Shown: positions 19,883 to 29,990 of the stretch, one piece after another | How positions within the stretch are numbered: the first letter of the stretch is position 1 | Layout: every line of letters starts with the position of its first letter | Assembly (NCBI GenBank): GCA_963720565.1 | Contig: CAVRFW010000009.1 | Span: 1-64,000, forward strand | DNA length: 64,000 bases | Origin: Candidatus Bathyarchaeota archaeon | GTDB taxonomy: Archaea; Thermoproteota; Bathyarchaeia; Bathyarchaeales; Bathycorpusculaceae | Direction: 5' to 3' | Translations under genes and position numbers: made by a program | The notes under the pieces: model-generated | Database searches by the model: none | The model's input: only the letters and a program-made list of their open reading frames with translations | Told to the model about the DNA's origin: nothing

Positions 19883-21244
19883 TTGTTGAGGCTGAAAAAC
19901 AGCATAAAATCGAACGTCGCGAAAAGAAAGCCGGAAGAATTTTTCGAGCAGATCTTGGGTTTTAAACCTACTGCCTATCAACGCAACCTGATTAAGCTCT
20001 TCGAGGAGAGACAGTTTTTGGCTGCGCGCTGGTGCCGTCAAAGCGGCAAGAGCTGGACAATTAGCGCTTTGCTGTTGAACTACGCCCTAAACCACGATGA
20101 TAGTTACATCGCGGTTGTGGGTCCAAGCTGGCGTCAGACAAAACTGAATGTTCGCCGAATAAGCTTCTTCCTAAGAAAATTGGATGACCCAAGGGTGAAG
20201 GCTCAGAAGACCCGGATTAACTTTCCAAATGGCAGTGTGATCGAGGCTTTTCCGAACAATCCCGATACTATCCGAGGACCAACACTTAACGTTGTTTGGT
20301 GGGATGAGACGAATTTTACTCCCAACGATGAGGACCTGTACGATTCAATCTTGTTTACATTGGGCACGACAAACGGAAAGCTTGTTTGCACGAGTACACC
20401 ATGGAATACAGATTCACTTTTCTGGAAGATGTGCAATCACAGGAACTACGAGGATTTTGCAAGGGATCACGTTACGTGTGAGCAGGCAAAGGAGCCTAAC
20501 GGTCCCTTGAAGGAGGCAATTTTGGACAAGATCAGGCGTCAGTTTGGAGAGGATCCAGCACGGTGGCGAAGGGAAATGGAGGCTGAATGGGCTGAAGACG
20601 AGGACGTTTGGCTGCCGCAATCGCTGATTGCCAGTTGTATTGGAACGGTGAAGAATTGCGGTGAAGACCTTCAACCATGGAACCCGGATGTTGGCTACTC
20701 GGGAGACTTTTTCGCTGGTTTGGATCTAGCTCAGGTGAGAGATTACTGTGTTCTCTCGATTTTTGACAGGGTTAACGACGTGTTGTTTTTGAGGCACTTG
20801 AAGATTTTTCAGCAGCCAACCAAGTACGCTAACGTGCTCGGTTACGTTAAGGCGTTGCAGGATAGGTGGGGCGGGTTCCAGAAGATCCGCGTGGACTTCA
20901 CCAAAGAAGGGCCTTCAATCATAAGCGACATGGAAAACGCTGGCATAAACAATGTTGAAGGTGTTAACTTTAGCGTGCCCAGGAAGAGCGAGATGGCTGG
21001 TTTGCTTAAACAGAGGATGATGAGTCAGCAACTCTTTTTTCCACATTTGACCTGGGAGAAACCATACCGGAGCGACTTGTGCAGCGAGCTAAACGTAGAG
21101 CGTTTCGAGTTGCGGAAGGATGGCGCGATTGGCTTGTCTCATCCAAACGGGACGCATGATGACGTGTTCTGGGCTTGCTCCTTGGGCGTTTACGCGACCG
21201 TAGACATGAAACCCTTTGACATTGAAGCCCTCAAGTTTGGCTGA
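19883..21244 (+). CDS. terL: Terminase large subunit (packaging ATPase plus RNase H-like nuclease); true start may be TTG 19816 with a frameshift near 19925
   Basis: Q-motif PTAYQ, Walker A RQSGKS, Walker B VVWWDE, coupling motif STP, nuclease acids GLDLA, VDFT, HDD. Confidence 0.9.
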   Translation: MLRLKNSIKSNVAKRKPEEFFEQILGFKPTAYQRNLIKLFEERQFLAARWCRQSGKSWTISALLLNYALNHDDSYIAVVGPSWRQTKLNVRRISFFLRKLDDPRVKAQKTRINFPNGSVIEAFPNNPDTIRGPTLNVVWWDETNFTPNDEDLYDSILFTLGTTNGKLVCTSTPWNTDSLFWKMCNHRNYEDFARDHVTCEQAKEPNGPLKEAILDKIRRQFGEDPARWRREMEAEWAEDEDVWLPQSLIASCIGTVKNCGEDLQPWNPDVGYSGDFFAGLDLAQVRDYCVLSIFDRVNDVLFLRHLKIFQQPTKYANVLGYVKALQDRWGGFQKIRVDFTKEGPSIISDMENAGINNVEGVNFSVPRKSEMAGLLKQRMMSQQLFFPHLTWEKPYRSDLCSELNVERFELRKDGAIGLSHPNGTHDDVFWACSLGVYATVDMKPFDIEALKFG

Positions 21245-21325
21245 ATCAGCGTGCAACTTTAATAATACCCTCTAAATCATAACAGCGCGCTATTGACAGC
21301 AAGTCAACCGGTGGAATGACATTCA

Positions 21326-21901
21326 TTGAAGTTGAAAATTGCTGAAAATGAAGTAAAACGTCTGCGGCTTTGCGTTGAGTTTAAGTCGGTTAGCGTCCGG
21401 TTTGAGTTTTTGGGGTACGAGGTGGATTTGGAATCAGGAGAAATATCTGATACGTTGAGGGCCAACTGCCAGCTTGCGAGGGGAGAGTTTGATGTGTTGC
21501 AGACACTGCTTACTCATTACTGCAAAGCTGACCCAGTCGAAAGAACAGGAAGACTTGTAAAGTTCGCGAGTTTGCCAGGAGGGCAAGCATACGAAAAAGC
21601 TTTCTTGAAAAGAGCAGTCGAACCAATAGCTGACACATTCGGCGAAAAACCCGAAAAATTATCAGAATGCGCAAAAACACTCGGAGGATTCTCCAAGACG
21701 TACGGCGATGCCTCAGCTGAGATATCTGCACTGCCCAGCATACCCTTAACCATCATTTTATGGGAAACGAACGAGTTTCCCGCTCAGGCAAGCATACTCT
21801 TCGACGAATCAGCCAGTCATTACCTGCCAACGGAAGACCTAGCCGTGCTGGGCGAACTTACAACATCCAGGCTGTTGAAAATTCAGTCTGTGGTCCGTTG
21901 A
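21326..21901 (+). CDS. DUF3786-like protein
   Basis: KFASLPGGQAYEKAF, YGDAS, ALPSIPL..ILWE..EFPAQASILFD..LPTEDL. Confidence 0.75.
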   Translation: MKLKIAENEVKRLRLCVEFKSVSVRFEFLGYEVDLESGEISDTLRANCQLARGEFDVLQTLLTHYCKADPVERTGRLVKFASLPGGQAYEKAFLKRAVEPIADTFGEKPEKLSECAKTLGGFSKTYGDASAEISALPSIPLTIILWETNEFPAQASILFDESASHYLPTEDLAVLGELTTSRLLKIQSVVR

Positions 21902-22059
21902 TGACCTGAAAAGCGCGTTCTTTTCTCTAAATTACACTTCCTGCATCGTGAGAACAGTCTTTGTGATAGGCCAGTGCAAGAAGGCTTAAAAACTAAACGA
22001 ACAACGGTTTAAAACAGTCACCAGAAACATGTTAGTCCACAAGACAGAAGAACAGAAAC

Positions 22060-22716
22060 ATGAAGCCCACTCGAGTAATATCTTTTGATATGGACGGAAC
22101 TCTCACTGACCTATCCTTTGTAGATTCAGTGTGGTTGGAGGGAATACCCAAACTCTTCGCGCAAAATAACCAGATTTCGCTTGAAGAAGCGCGGAAAAGG
22201 GTGAAAAGCGAGTACGACAGAGTTGGCAATGAGAAACTGGAATGGTATGACCTCAACTACTGGTTAGACAAGTTTAGCATCGACGCTTCACCACAACAGG
22301 TTCTAAAATCTTTTAGAGAGAAAATACGCGTTTTTCAAGACGTACCTACAGTGCTAGAGAACCTGAAAAATCGAGGGTACAGGCTAATTGTAATCACTAA
22401 CGCCCGAAGAGAGTTTGTAGACATAGAAATGCAGCAAACCGGAATACAGGGCTTTTTCGAACGAATCTTCTCTTCGCCTTCGGATTTTCGCCTAACTAAG
22501 AACGCAACGCGCGTCTACGAGAAAGTCTGCATTGCCTGCGAGATTTCACCTTGCGAAATGATTCATGTAGGGGATGACCAAGATTTCGATTTCGAAGTCC
22601 CAAAAAAACTTGGCATAAATGCTTTTCTACTCGACAGAACCGGGACAAAAACGGGCACACATACCATCTCCAGCCTTGAAGAGTTTGAAAGAAAAATCAT
22701 AAAGCGATTCACATAA
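22060..22716 (+). CDS. HAD-superfamily hydrolase
   Basis: FDMDGTL, ITNA, HVGDD motifs. Confidence 0.9.
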   Translation: MKPTRVISFDMDGTLTDLSFVDSVWLEGIPKLFAQNNQISLEEARKRVKSEYDRVGNEKLEWYDLNYWLDKFSIDASPQQVLKSFREKIRVFQDVPTVLENLKNRGYRLIVITNARREFVDIEMQQTGIQGFFERIFSSPSDFRLTKNATRVYEKVCIACEISPCEMIHVGDDQDFDFEVPKKLGINAFLLDRTGTKTGTHTISSLEEFERKIIKRFT

Positions 22717-22844
22717 TCACCTCGGGCAGTCGAGTTTGGCCCCTCTCCTCAGGCTTTCCTTCTTGCGGTCGCACAATTTAAAAAGAGATATACACAGATT
22801 ATTCGAACTATCGCACAGAACAATAATTGCAGGGAGGTGACAGA

Positions 22845-23659
22845 ATGAATTACAGAGAGAGACAGGAAATAATAGCTAAATCGCCTATTTCTTTCGGTTA
22901 CCTTAAGCGATTCAACCTCGGCGCTGGGATTCTACACCTCTCACAGGGAATTCTCATGCTAGCTCTGGGTACCCTCTTGTCATGGGAACGAGACATTTAC
23001 ACGTTCTACTTGAAATTCAGTATTGGACCACCCATCTCCGTTGCTCCAAATCCCCAAATCTTCTACACACTTGGTTACATCGGCGTTATCGTTGCATCTT
23101 TCCCTCTGCTATCCGCTATAGCCCATTTCTTAATTGCTTTCCCCAAGAACAAAGACTACAACTGAAAATTTGAAGAAAGGCATGAATCCATACCGCTGGT
23201 ACGAATATTCCATTTCAAGTTCAATAATGATCGTGCTAATCTCAACTTTCGTAGGCGTCTGGGAACTCTGGTCGACTAGTAATGATTTTCGCCTTGAATG
23301 CAATGATGATCATGTTCGGATACTACATGGAGGTAGTCAACCAAAAAACAGAGAAAACATCATGGTCAGCGTTCATCGTCGGCTGCATATCCGGAGGAAT
23401 TCCCTGGGTTGTCATTTTCGCCTATTTCATAGCCGCCATAACATCCACAGGAACGAATCCGCCTACCTTCGTCTACTTGATTTGCCTAATCTACTTCGCT
23501 GTGTTCAATGTCTTCGCGCTGAACATGGTGCTCCAGTACAAAGGAGTCGGACGCTGGAAAGACTACTTGTACGGCGAACGGGTGTACATAATCCTGAGCT
23601 TCGTAGCTAAAACAGCCTTGGCCTGGCTTGTCTTCGTCGGAATATTCGCACCATTCTAG
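22845..23659 (+). CDS. heR: Heliorhodopsin (frameshifts at ~23163 and ~23275)
   Basis: ILHLSQG (TM1 His), AIAHF (TM2 His), NPYRWYEYS (TM3 Arg and counterion Glu), GERVYIILSFVAK (retinal-binding Lys); GGAGGTGA RBS. Confidence 0.92.
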
Positions 23660-23760
23660 GCCTTGGTAAACTTTCCATTTTTCTTTTCTTGTTATTTATT
23701 CCACAACAAATTCTCGTCACAGGTTCTGTTTTTTTTGATGAATTCATATAGTCTATTTCA

Positions 23761-24745
23761 CTATTTCCAGTAGTCTTTTCCACCGCCCTCGCCGAACACA
23801 CTCTCCAACTCAGCCAACTGCTCTGGATAAGGCTCAAGCAGAGACTGAGCAGACAAATAGTTTTGTTTGAATCTGATAATCCAGGCTCTCAGAATGCTCA
23901 AATTCGCGCTTAGTGGAAGTCGCCCGCTCTTGTACTTCTCGACTGAATCAAGGAAGAATGATTTTTCATCCTTTGAGAGCTGATTCGAGAAATAGCCCAT
24001 AATCTTAAGCATAGACGTTAACGTATGAACCAACACTCGGCGTTCGATCCAAAGCAAGATGCAAGTGAGCTTCATAATCTTTCAGCATATCCTCCAAAGA
24101 TTTTTCCTCTTGGTTTGCCACAATCTTGCCCAAAATCCCGAGTTCTTTCTGGCTGTACGCCGTGAACAGATACTTGTTTTCTGATTGAAATCTCACCAAT
24201 TCTCTTATTTTACCCGATTCCTTTACACCTCTGAAGGATGCGAAAGCAAAAAGCTTTGTTAGAAAATGCTCTCTTATTCTGAGATTAATCAAACGGAGTT
24301 CGTCCTCTATAGCTAGGTGGGGAAACTTTTTAAGAACTGCCCCTCCGAAAAACCCAGGACCCTTGCCAACTGGCGCTGACTTCTCCGTTTTAGCATATAT
24401 CTTGACGTTCTTGAATCCGCTCGACGGAGAACCCCTCTTGAGTATGAAACCGTCGACTTTTTCTAAAGAATTCAGAAAAGACTCAGCGAACTGTTCCATT
24501 TTTTCCGTGAAGTCATAACCTGTTGCCGGCTGGATTAGTCTACGTTCCCCATTTACAAGCACTATTCTAACAGGGTCACGAGGAACCCCTAATCCAATTT
24601 CAACTTCAGGGCACACGGGAATAAAGTTAACATAGGACTTAAGCTTCTCCACAAAATCGCTTGCAACTATTTGGGCATCATAACGTACCGGTGCAAAAGT
24701 TATGCACTTTGAAATTACAACATTGGGTTTAGCAAAATCTCTCAT
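23761..24745 (-). CDS. DUF523 (TudS)-DUF1722 (YbgA) fusion, frameshift at ~24013
   Basis: ISKCI..VRYD, PVCPEVEIGLGVPR, SPSSG, REHFLTKLF, then KIMGYFS..YLSAQSLLEPYP. Confidence 0.85.
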
Positions 24746-24911
24746 TCGAATCCCTCAAGAAACAGATTGAAACATCAACATTTAGTCTGCTGCATTTGTC
24801 TCATAAGTCTTTCTTCATGCGCAACTAAAGAGCACAATACCGCAAGTTTCACAATCAGACAGATAAATGGTTTTATATATCTCCAATAACAGAAAAGAAT
24901 CGGGGAGGATT

Positions 24912-25688
24912 ATGGCGTCCGAAAATTCTGGTCTGACAAGATGGGCTAACATTATCGCATTTGTCTTAATGGTCATCATTAATGGCTTAGCCGGCAGCAC
25001 AACAACTATCGGAGGAAAAAACACGGCGCAGATTTCCGATGCAAACCCGACTCTCATAACCCCTGCAGGTTACGTGTTCTCCATCTGGGGCATCATCTAT
25101 GTTTTGCTCGGAGTTTTCGTAGTCTATCAAGCACTTCCAAGCCAACGAGGAAAGGATTTTCATAAGAAGATTGGCTGGTTCTTTGTCTTAAGCTGCGCAG
25201 CAAACATAATCTGGCTCTTTCTTTGGCAATTTGAGTATCTCAGCCTTTCAGTAGTTCTCATGTTCTTGCTTCTGGCAAGTCTTATACTAATTTATCTGCG
25301 CCTAAACATAGGCAAATCAAAAGCTGACACGCGTGAAAGACTCGCGGTTCATCTTCCTTTCAGTGTCTACTTAGGTTGGATTACAATAGCTACAATAGCA
25401 AACATAAGCGCCACTTTGGTATCAATGAACTGGGATAGCGTGTTTTTAGGAGTAAACGCTGAAACATGGGCGATACTAGTCATTATAGTGGCTGTTGCTA
25501 TTACTGTTCTTGTACTCGCCACTAGAAAGGATGTGGCTTATGCTTTGGTTGTAATCTGGGCTTTGGTCGGCATTTCTGTAAAGCAGAGTGGAAACCAAAC
25601 AATAGTTTTACTAACGGAAATAAGTGCTATTGTCGTGGCAGTTGCGGTGCTCGCCACAATCCTCCTCACCGTGCTAAGACGAAGATAG
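24912..25688 (+). CDS. TspO/MBR-like tryptophan-rich sensory membrane protein
   Basis: TLITPAGYVFSIWGIIY, NIIWLFLWQ, PFSVYLGWITIATIAN, YALVVIWALVGI. Confidence 0.8.
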   Translation: MASENSGLTRWANIIAFVLMVIINGLAGSTTTIGGKNTAQISDANPTLITPAGYVFSIWGIIYVLLGVFVVYQALPSQRGKDFHKKIGWFFVLSCAANIIWLFLWQFEYLSLSVVLMFLLLASLILIYLRLNIGKSKADTRERLAVHLPFSVYLGWITIATIANISATLVSMNWDSVFLGVNAETWAILVIIVAVAITVLVLATRKDVAYALVVIWALVGISVKQSGNQTIVLLTEISAIVVAVAVLATILLTVLRRR

Positions 25689-25696
25689 CTATAACA

Positions 25697-26254
25697 TTGA
25701 GTTTAGGGATTGGTTATCGCTTGGTTAATAATAGAAGTGTTTTTGCCACAGAAATGATCGGAACAGTATTCATAATATTTTTAGGTAGTGCCCTTCACTT
25801 CACCTACGCATTGTCAGGCAACAATCCTGCAGTTGGCTCCCTTTCTCCCGTTAACGAATCTGTATGGGAACACTTGAAAATGGTTTTTTGGCCATCTCTT
25901 TTTTGGATCTTAATAGCAATGTTTCCCCTTCGAAGGGCAGTCAGTAACTTCTTTTCTGCCAAAGCAATCGGCACCTTCGTAATGGTGTTTACTATTCCAG
26001 CAGTTTTCTACTCTTACACTGCTCTCGTTGGAGAAAGCATTCTTGCTATAGACATCGCCACATTCATTATCGCTGTGATTATCGGCCAGTTCGTAAGCTA
26101 CAAGCTCTTCAAGCAAAATACGATTGGAGGGTCAACAGAAAGGATTGCCCTCATTGCTCTGCTTCTGCTCGCGCTCGTCTTCGTTGTGTTCACATTCTAC
26201 CCACCTCACCTGCCAATTTTCCAAGACTCGATCACCGGTCAATACGGCGGTTAG
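25697..26254 (+). CDS. Conserved membrane protein (DUF6512-like)
   Basis: LHFTY, PVNESVWEHLKM.FWP, FTFYPP..PIFQD motifs; about 5 TM. Confidence 0.65.
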   Translation: MSLGIGYRLVNNRSVFATEMIGTVFIIFLGSALHFTYALSGNNPAVGSLSPVNESVWEHLKMVFWPSLFWILIAMFPLRRAVSNFFSAKAIGTFVMVFTIPAVFYSYTALVGESILAIDIATFIIAVIIGQFVSYKLFKQNTIGGSTERIALIALLLLALVFVVFTFYPPHLPIFQDSITGQYGG

Positions 26255-26366
26255 TCGCGCTGGAATAGAGGAGACTGGACTCTGCAAGAGTTTTTTAAGA
26301 TGGAACAGCGAATCAATTATCAGTTTATGAATGAGTTGCTAAACCCGTAACTTTGGATGGGATTAC

Positions 26367-26843
26367 TTGAGACCTGAAAAAATGCCGAGAATGAATGAAA
26401 CAGAAATAGTCCAACTGTTAGAAGATCAAATTCTATGTCGCATCGCTTTCTGCGGCAAGCAGGCTCCATTTATTGCACTTTTCCAGTACGCCTTAGTTGG
26501 AGATCAACTCTATTTTCACTTCACAAATTATGGGAAAAAAATTGAACTCCTCAGCGAAGACAAAACCGTATGCGTCGAAATCGAAAAATACGCTCCGGAT
26601 TTGAGTGAATACAAGTTTGTTACACTGACAGGAAAACTGAGACTCGTTACAGACCCTGCAGAAAGAGCTCTCGCTATTGAAAAAATCGTTGACACTGCGA
26701 GGAAGAGACTCTTATCAGAAAACTTCATCTTGGCGCACGGATTTCCTAAGGAAAAAGGTTGGGATTTCTTGACGCCTGAAAAACCCCTGCTAATAGTAAA
26801 ACTCGACAGCGTAACCGAAAAAATCGGACTCAAGTCTTCATAA
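26367..26843 (+). CDS. Pyridoxamine 5'-phosphate oxidase-like flavin-binding protein
   Basis: CRIAF, LYFH..GKK..L....VCVEI split-barrel pattern. Confidence 0.8.
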   Translation: MRPEKMPRMNETEIVQLLEDQILCRIAFCGKQAPFIALFQYALVGDQLYFHFTNYGKKIELLSEDKTVCVEIEKYAPDLSEYKFVTLTGKLRLVTDPAERALAIEKIVDTARKRLLSENFILAHGFPKEKGWDFLTPEKPLLIVKLDSVTEKIGLKSS

Positions 26844-26866
26844 ACTATATCAGCAATCTGGACGAG

Positions 26867-28235
26867 ATGGAAATTCTGATTCCTGAACAGCGCGTTAGAA
26901 ATCTCAACAAAAACAAGACCAGAAACAGGCGATACGTTCTATACTGGATGCAATCTTCACAGAGAATAGAATACAACCTTGCCTTGGAATACGCCATTTC
27001 AGAAGCTAACAAATTAAACAAACCCCTTGTCGCTTTCTTCGGACTTACAACTGCATTTCCAGAAGCGAATTTACGACACTATCATTTCATGCTGGAAGGT
27101 CTTCGGGAAACAAGTACACTCCTACAAGAAATCGGAGTAAAACTGGCGGTAGCAGCCAAGTCACCTGAAGAAGGCGTGATTGAACTTGCAGAGGCTTCCT
27201 GTTTAACAGTAGTGGACAAAGGTTACCTTAAACCGCTAAAGCAATGGTACAAACTTGTGGCTGAAAACATAGATTGCCCTTTAATCCAGGTTGAAGACAA
27301 TGTTGTTATTCCACTGCACGAAGCTTCCGGAAAAGAAGAGTATTCTGCCGCGACACTTAGACCAAAGATAGCCAATAAAAGATCGCTATTCCTATCAAAA
27401 CCAACGAAGACTAACCCTGCCAGAGACTCGTTGAGCCTAAAACTTGAATCTCTAGATCTAAAAGATATCGCCAAAATCACTTCGAACCTAGAAATCGACC
27501 ACTCGGTGGACAAAACCGCGCATTTCAAGGGCGGAGCCGGCGAAGCAACAAAACATCTTGAGAATTTCACAGAAAACAAACTGCAAGATTATCCTAAACT
27601 GAGAAACGATCCAACCGTAGACTGTCAGTCAAACCTAAGTCCGTACTTGCATTTCGGACAAATTTCGCCCATCCTAATCGCTTCTGAAATCCTAAGCGCA
27701 AATGCTGCTACTGAAGCAAAAGAGGCATATCTCGAAGAGTTGATACTCCGACGCGAACTAGGCAGCTAACTATGTCGAATACAATAGCGACTATGATGCT
27801 TTCAAAGGGTTGCCTGAATGGGCAAAACACTCTCTCCGCAATCATACGAAAGACCCCCGGAAGTACTTGTACAACTTGGAGGAACTTGAGAACGCACAAA
27901 CTCACGACCCCTATTGGAATGCTGCTCAAAACGAAATGCGCTTAACAGGAAAGATGCATGGTTACATGAGAATGTACTGGGGAAAGAAAATTATTGAATG
28001 GACTGCAACGCCCGAAATAGCCTTCAAAACTGCCCTGCAACTAAACAACAAATATGAGCTGGATGGAAGAGACCCAAACGGGTTTGCAGGAGTATCATGG
28101 TGTTTCGGAAAGCATGACCGTCCTTGGGGAGAGAGACCTATATTTGGTAACGTACGTTATATGAACGATAATGGGTTGCGAAGGAAATTCGATGCTGACA
28201 AGTACGTTGAGAACGTAAAACATCTGCATCATTAA
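26867..28235 (+). CDS. phr: Class II CPD DNA photolyase (frameshift at ~27762)
   Basis: [53 protein letters not shown]. Confidence 0.93.
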
Positions 28236-28287
28236 GAAGCAACTTGCCAGATACGATAGCAAAGGTTATCTTCGTATGTTATTTTTT

Positions 28288-29046
28288 TCAAAACAGGCTG
28301 AACAAGGTTACAACGCCCAGTACAACCGTCACTATTGCTATGGCCGTTCTCAGCTTTCTACTCTCAAACTTGTGAACTACAAAAGCAGCTAGCGGAGTTG
28401 ACAAAACAACACCTATAGATAAAGGCAAAAGGAGATTCCATGCAATCTGGCTTCCTGCCAATACGAAAGTGAGAAAACCGGCTATGCTGACAAACAGTTC
28501 TGAGAAGGTCTGTATAGAGACAGCGACTTTCTCGTCTACTCCCATTACTATCATGCCCGTTGTAGTTATCGGTCCAAAACCGCTTCCGCTAATACCCTTA
28601 TTAAACGAGCCAAAAAGACTCAAGAACGCCAATTTAAGCCATGAAAAGCTTGCTCTCAGTTTCTTATTCAGCAAAAGAAACAACCCTAGCGCAGTTATTA
28701 GAAGCCCTATGTACAGGCTCAAATAGAAATCCGATATGCCAATTGAGACTGAGGCACCAACAAAGCTCCCTACAACACCGAGAATTCCAATCAACACCGA
28801 CATGTTGAAGTGACGGCTGCATAAACTGAAATCAACATTCTTAAACTTGTGATGAAAGAACGGGCTAACCAAATTGCCAAGCATAGAGCTGAACAACAAA
28901 GCAGGAACAATCTGATGCGGAGCATAACCCAAAAGCAGAAGAATCGGCGTCATCGTAAGCCCAAATCCCATTCCGAAAACTATGTCAACAACTGCAGTAA
29001 GAAAGGCAGGGATAATCAAGAAAAGGGAGGCTACTTCAAGGCTCAT
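28288..29046 (-). CDS. TauE/SafE sulfite exporter family protein
   Basis: GMGFGLTMTPILL and GISGSGFGP repeats; about 8 TM. Confidence 0.85.
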   Translation of the reverse strand: MSLEVASLFLIIPAFLTAVVDIVFGMGFGLTMTPILLLLGYAPHQIVPALLFSSMLGNLVSPFFHHKFKNVDFSLCSRHFNMSVLIGILGVVGSFVGASVSIGISDFYLSLYIGLLITALGLFLLLNKKLRASFSWLKLAFLSLFGSFNKGISGSGFGPITTTGMIVMGVDEKVAVSIQTFSELFVSIAGFLTFVLAGSQIAWNLLLPLSIGVVLSTPLAAFVVHKFESRKLRTAIAIVTVVLGVVTLFSLF

Positions 29047-29068
29047 GCAAGCTTACCTCTTGGTGATA

Positions 29069-29473
29069 TCAAGAATCCAAGAGTCCCCTTATGTATGCAC
29101 CGATAAACATTGCAGCTATTCCTACCAAGACGGGTATATTACCTGTTCCAAGACTAGCAACAGCGGAACCCGGGCATTGACCTGATAAACCCCATCCTAC
29201 ACCAAAGATTACCGCGCCGACTATAACATTGGGCGAAAACGGCAAGCGTCTAGGCTTGAATTTGCCTCCGAGGATAGGTGTCTTGATGTATTTTGCCGCC
29301 ACGTTAATCGCGAAAAAAGTAATAGCTGCTGCTCCTCCCATGACAAATATTAGTCCGAGGTCTTTCAGTTGAAGAAAGCTTAGGACAATTTCCTGTCGCG
29401 TCATTCCGCTATAAGCCAGCCCGAAACCAAATAAGATGCCCCCAACAAGGACCACCACGTTCTGTTTGTTCAT
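29069..29473 (-). CDS. YeeE/YedE sulfur transporter subunit
   Basis: FGFGLAYSGM, FGVGWGLSGQCPG. Confidence 0.88.
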   Translation of the reverse strand: MNKQNVVVLVGGILFGFGLAYSGMTRQEIVLSFLQLKDLGLIFVMGGAAAITFFAINVAAKYIKTPILGGKFKPRRLPFSPNVIVGAVIFGVGWGLSGQCPGSAVASLGTGNIPVLVGIAAMFIGAYIRGLLDS

Positions 29474-29931
29474 GGTATAATCCCCAGCATTTGAACTATG
29501 TTGGCCGTGACCACGGCTACCCCCATGAAAACAATGACTGCGTACAAAGAAGTTTTAGAAAGAGAAGCCAAACCGCTTATTCCATGTCCAGAAGTGCAAC
29601 CACTAGAAAGTCTCGTTCCGAAACCAACCAGCAGGCCGCCCAAGGCTAACCTCCATAACTGCACTGAGGTTGTCCAAAAACCCGCTGGTGACAGCGTCAG
29701 AGTATGCACAAGAGCCCCAATTATCAGGCCTATCGCCAGAACCAGTCTCCAGTTTCTCTCCTGTATGTTACTTTCCTTCTGGAAGTGCTTTCGTTTTGAA
29801 AACCACGATAGAGTGGTTGTGAAAAAACTGCTCTGCGTTGCATGCAACCCAGTCATCAGATATACCAGACTGACGCCAATGCCGATTATTACCCCGCCTA
29901 CTAAGTACGGTTCTATTCCAAGAGGAAACAT
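29470..29931 (-). CDS. YeeE/YedE sulfur transporter subunit
   Basis: LVGFGTRLSSGCTSGHGISG. Confidence 0.88.
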   Translation of the reverse strand: MFPLGIEPYLVGGVIIGIGVSLVYLMTGLHATQSSFFTTTLSWFSKRKHFQKESNIQERNWRLVLAIGLIIGALVHTLTLSPAGFWTTSVQLWRLALGGLLVGFGTRLSSGCTSGHGISGLASLSKTSLYAVIVFMGVAVVTANIVQMLGIIP

Positions 29932-29990
29932 GTGAAAAGCTGAACCCCGGAAAAATTTAAACTTTTTCGAACAGAATTCTCTGCCCAATC

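Noticed and set aside
18820..22000. Intact provirus around terL
   Set aside because: No portal, capsid, tail, integrase or att-like tRNA recognised; flanking genes are cellular
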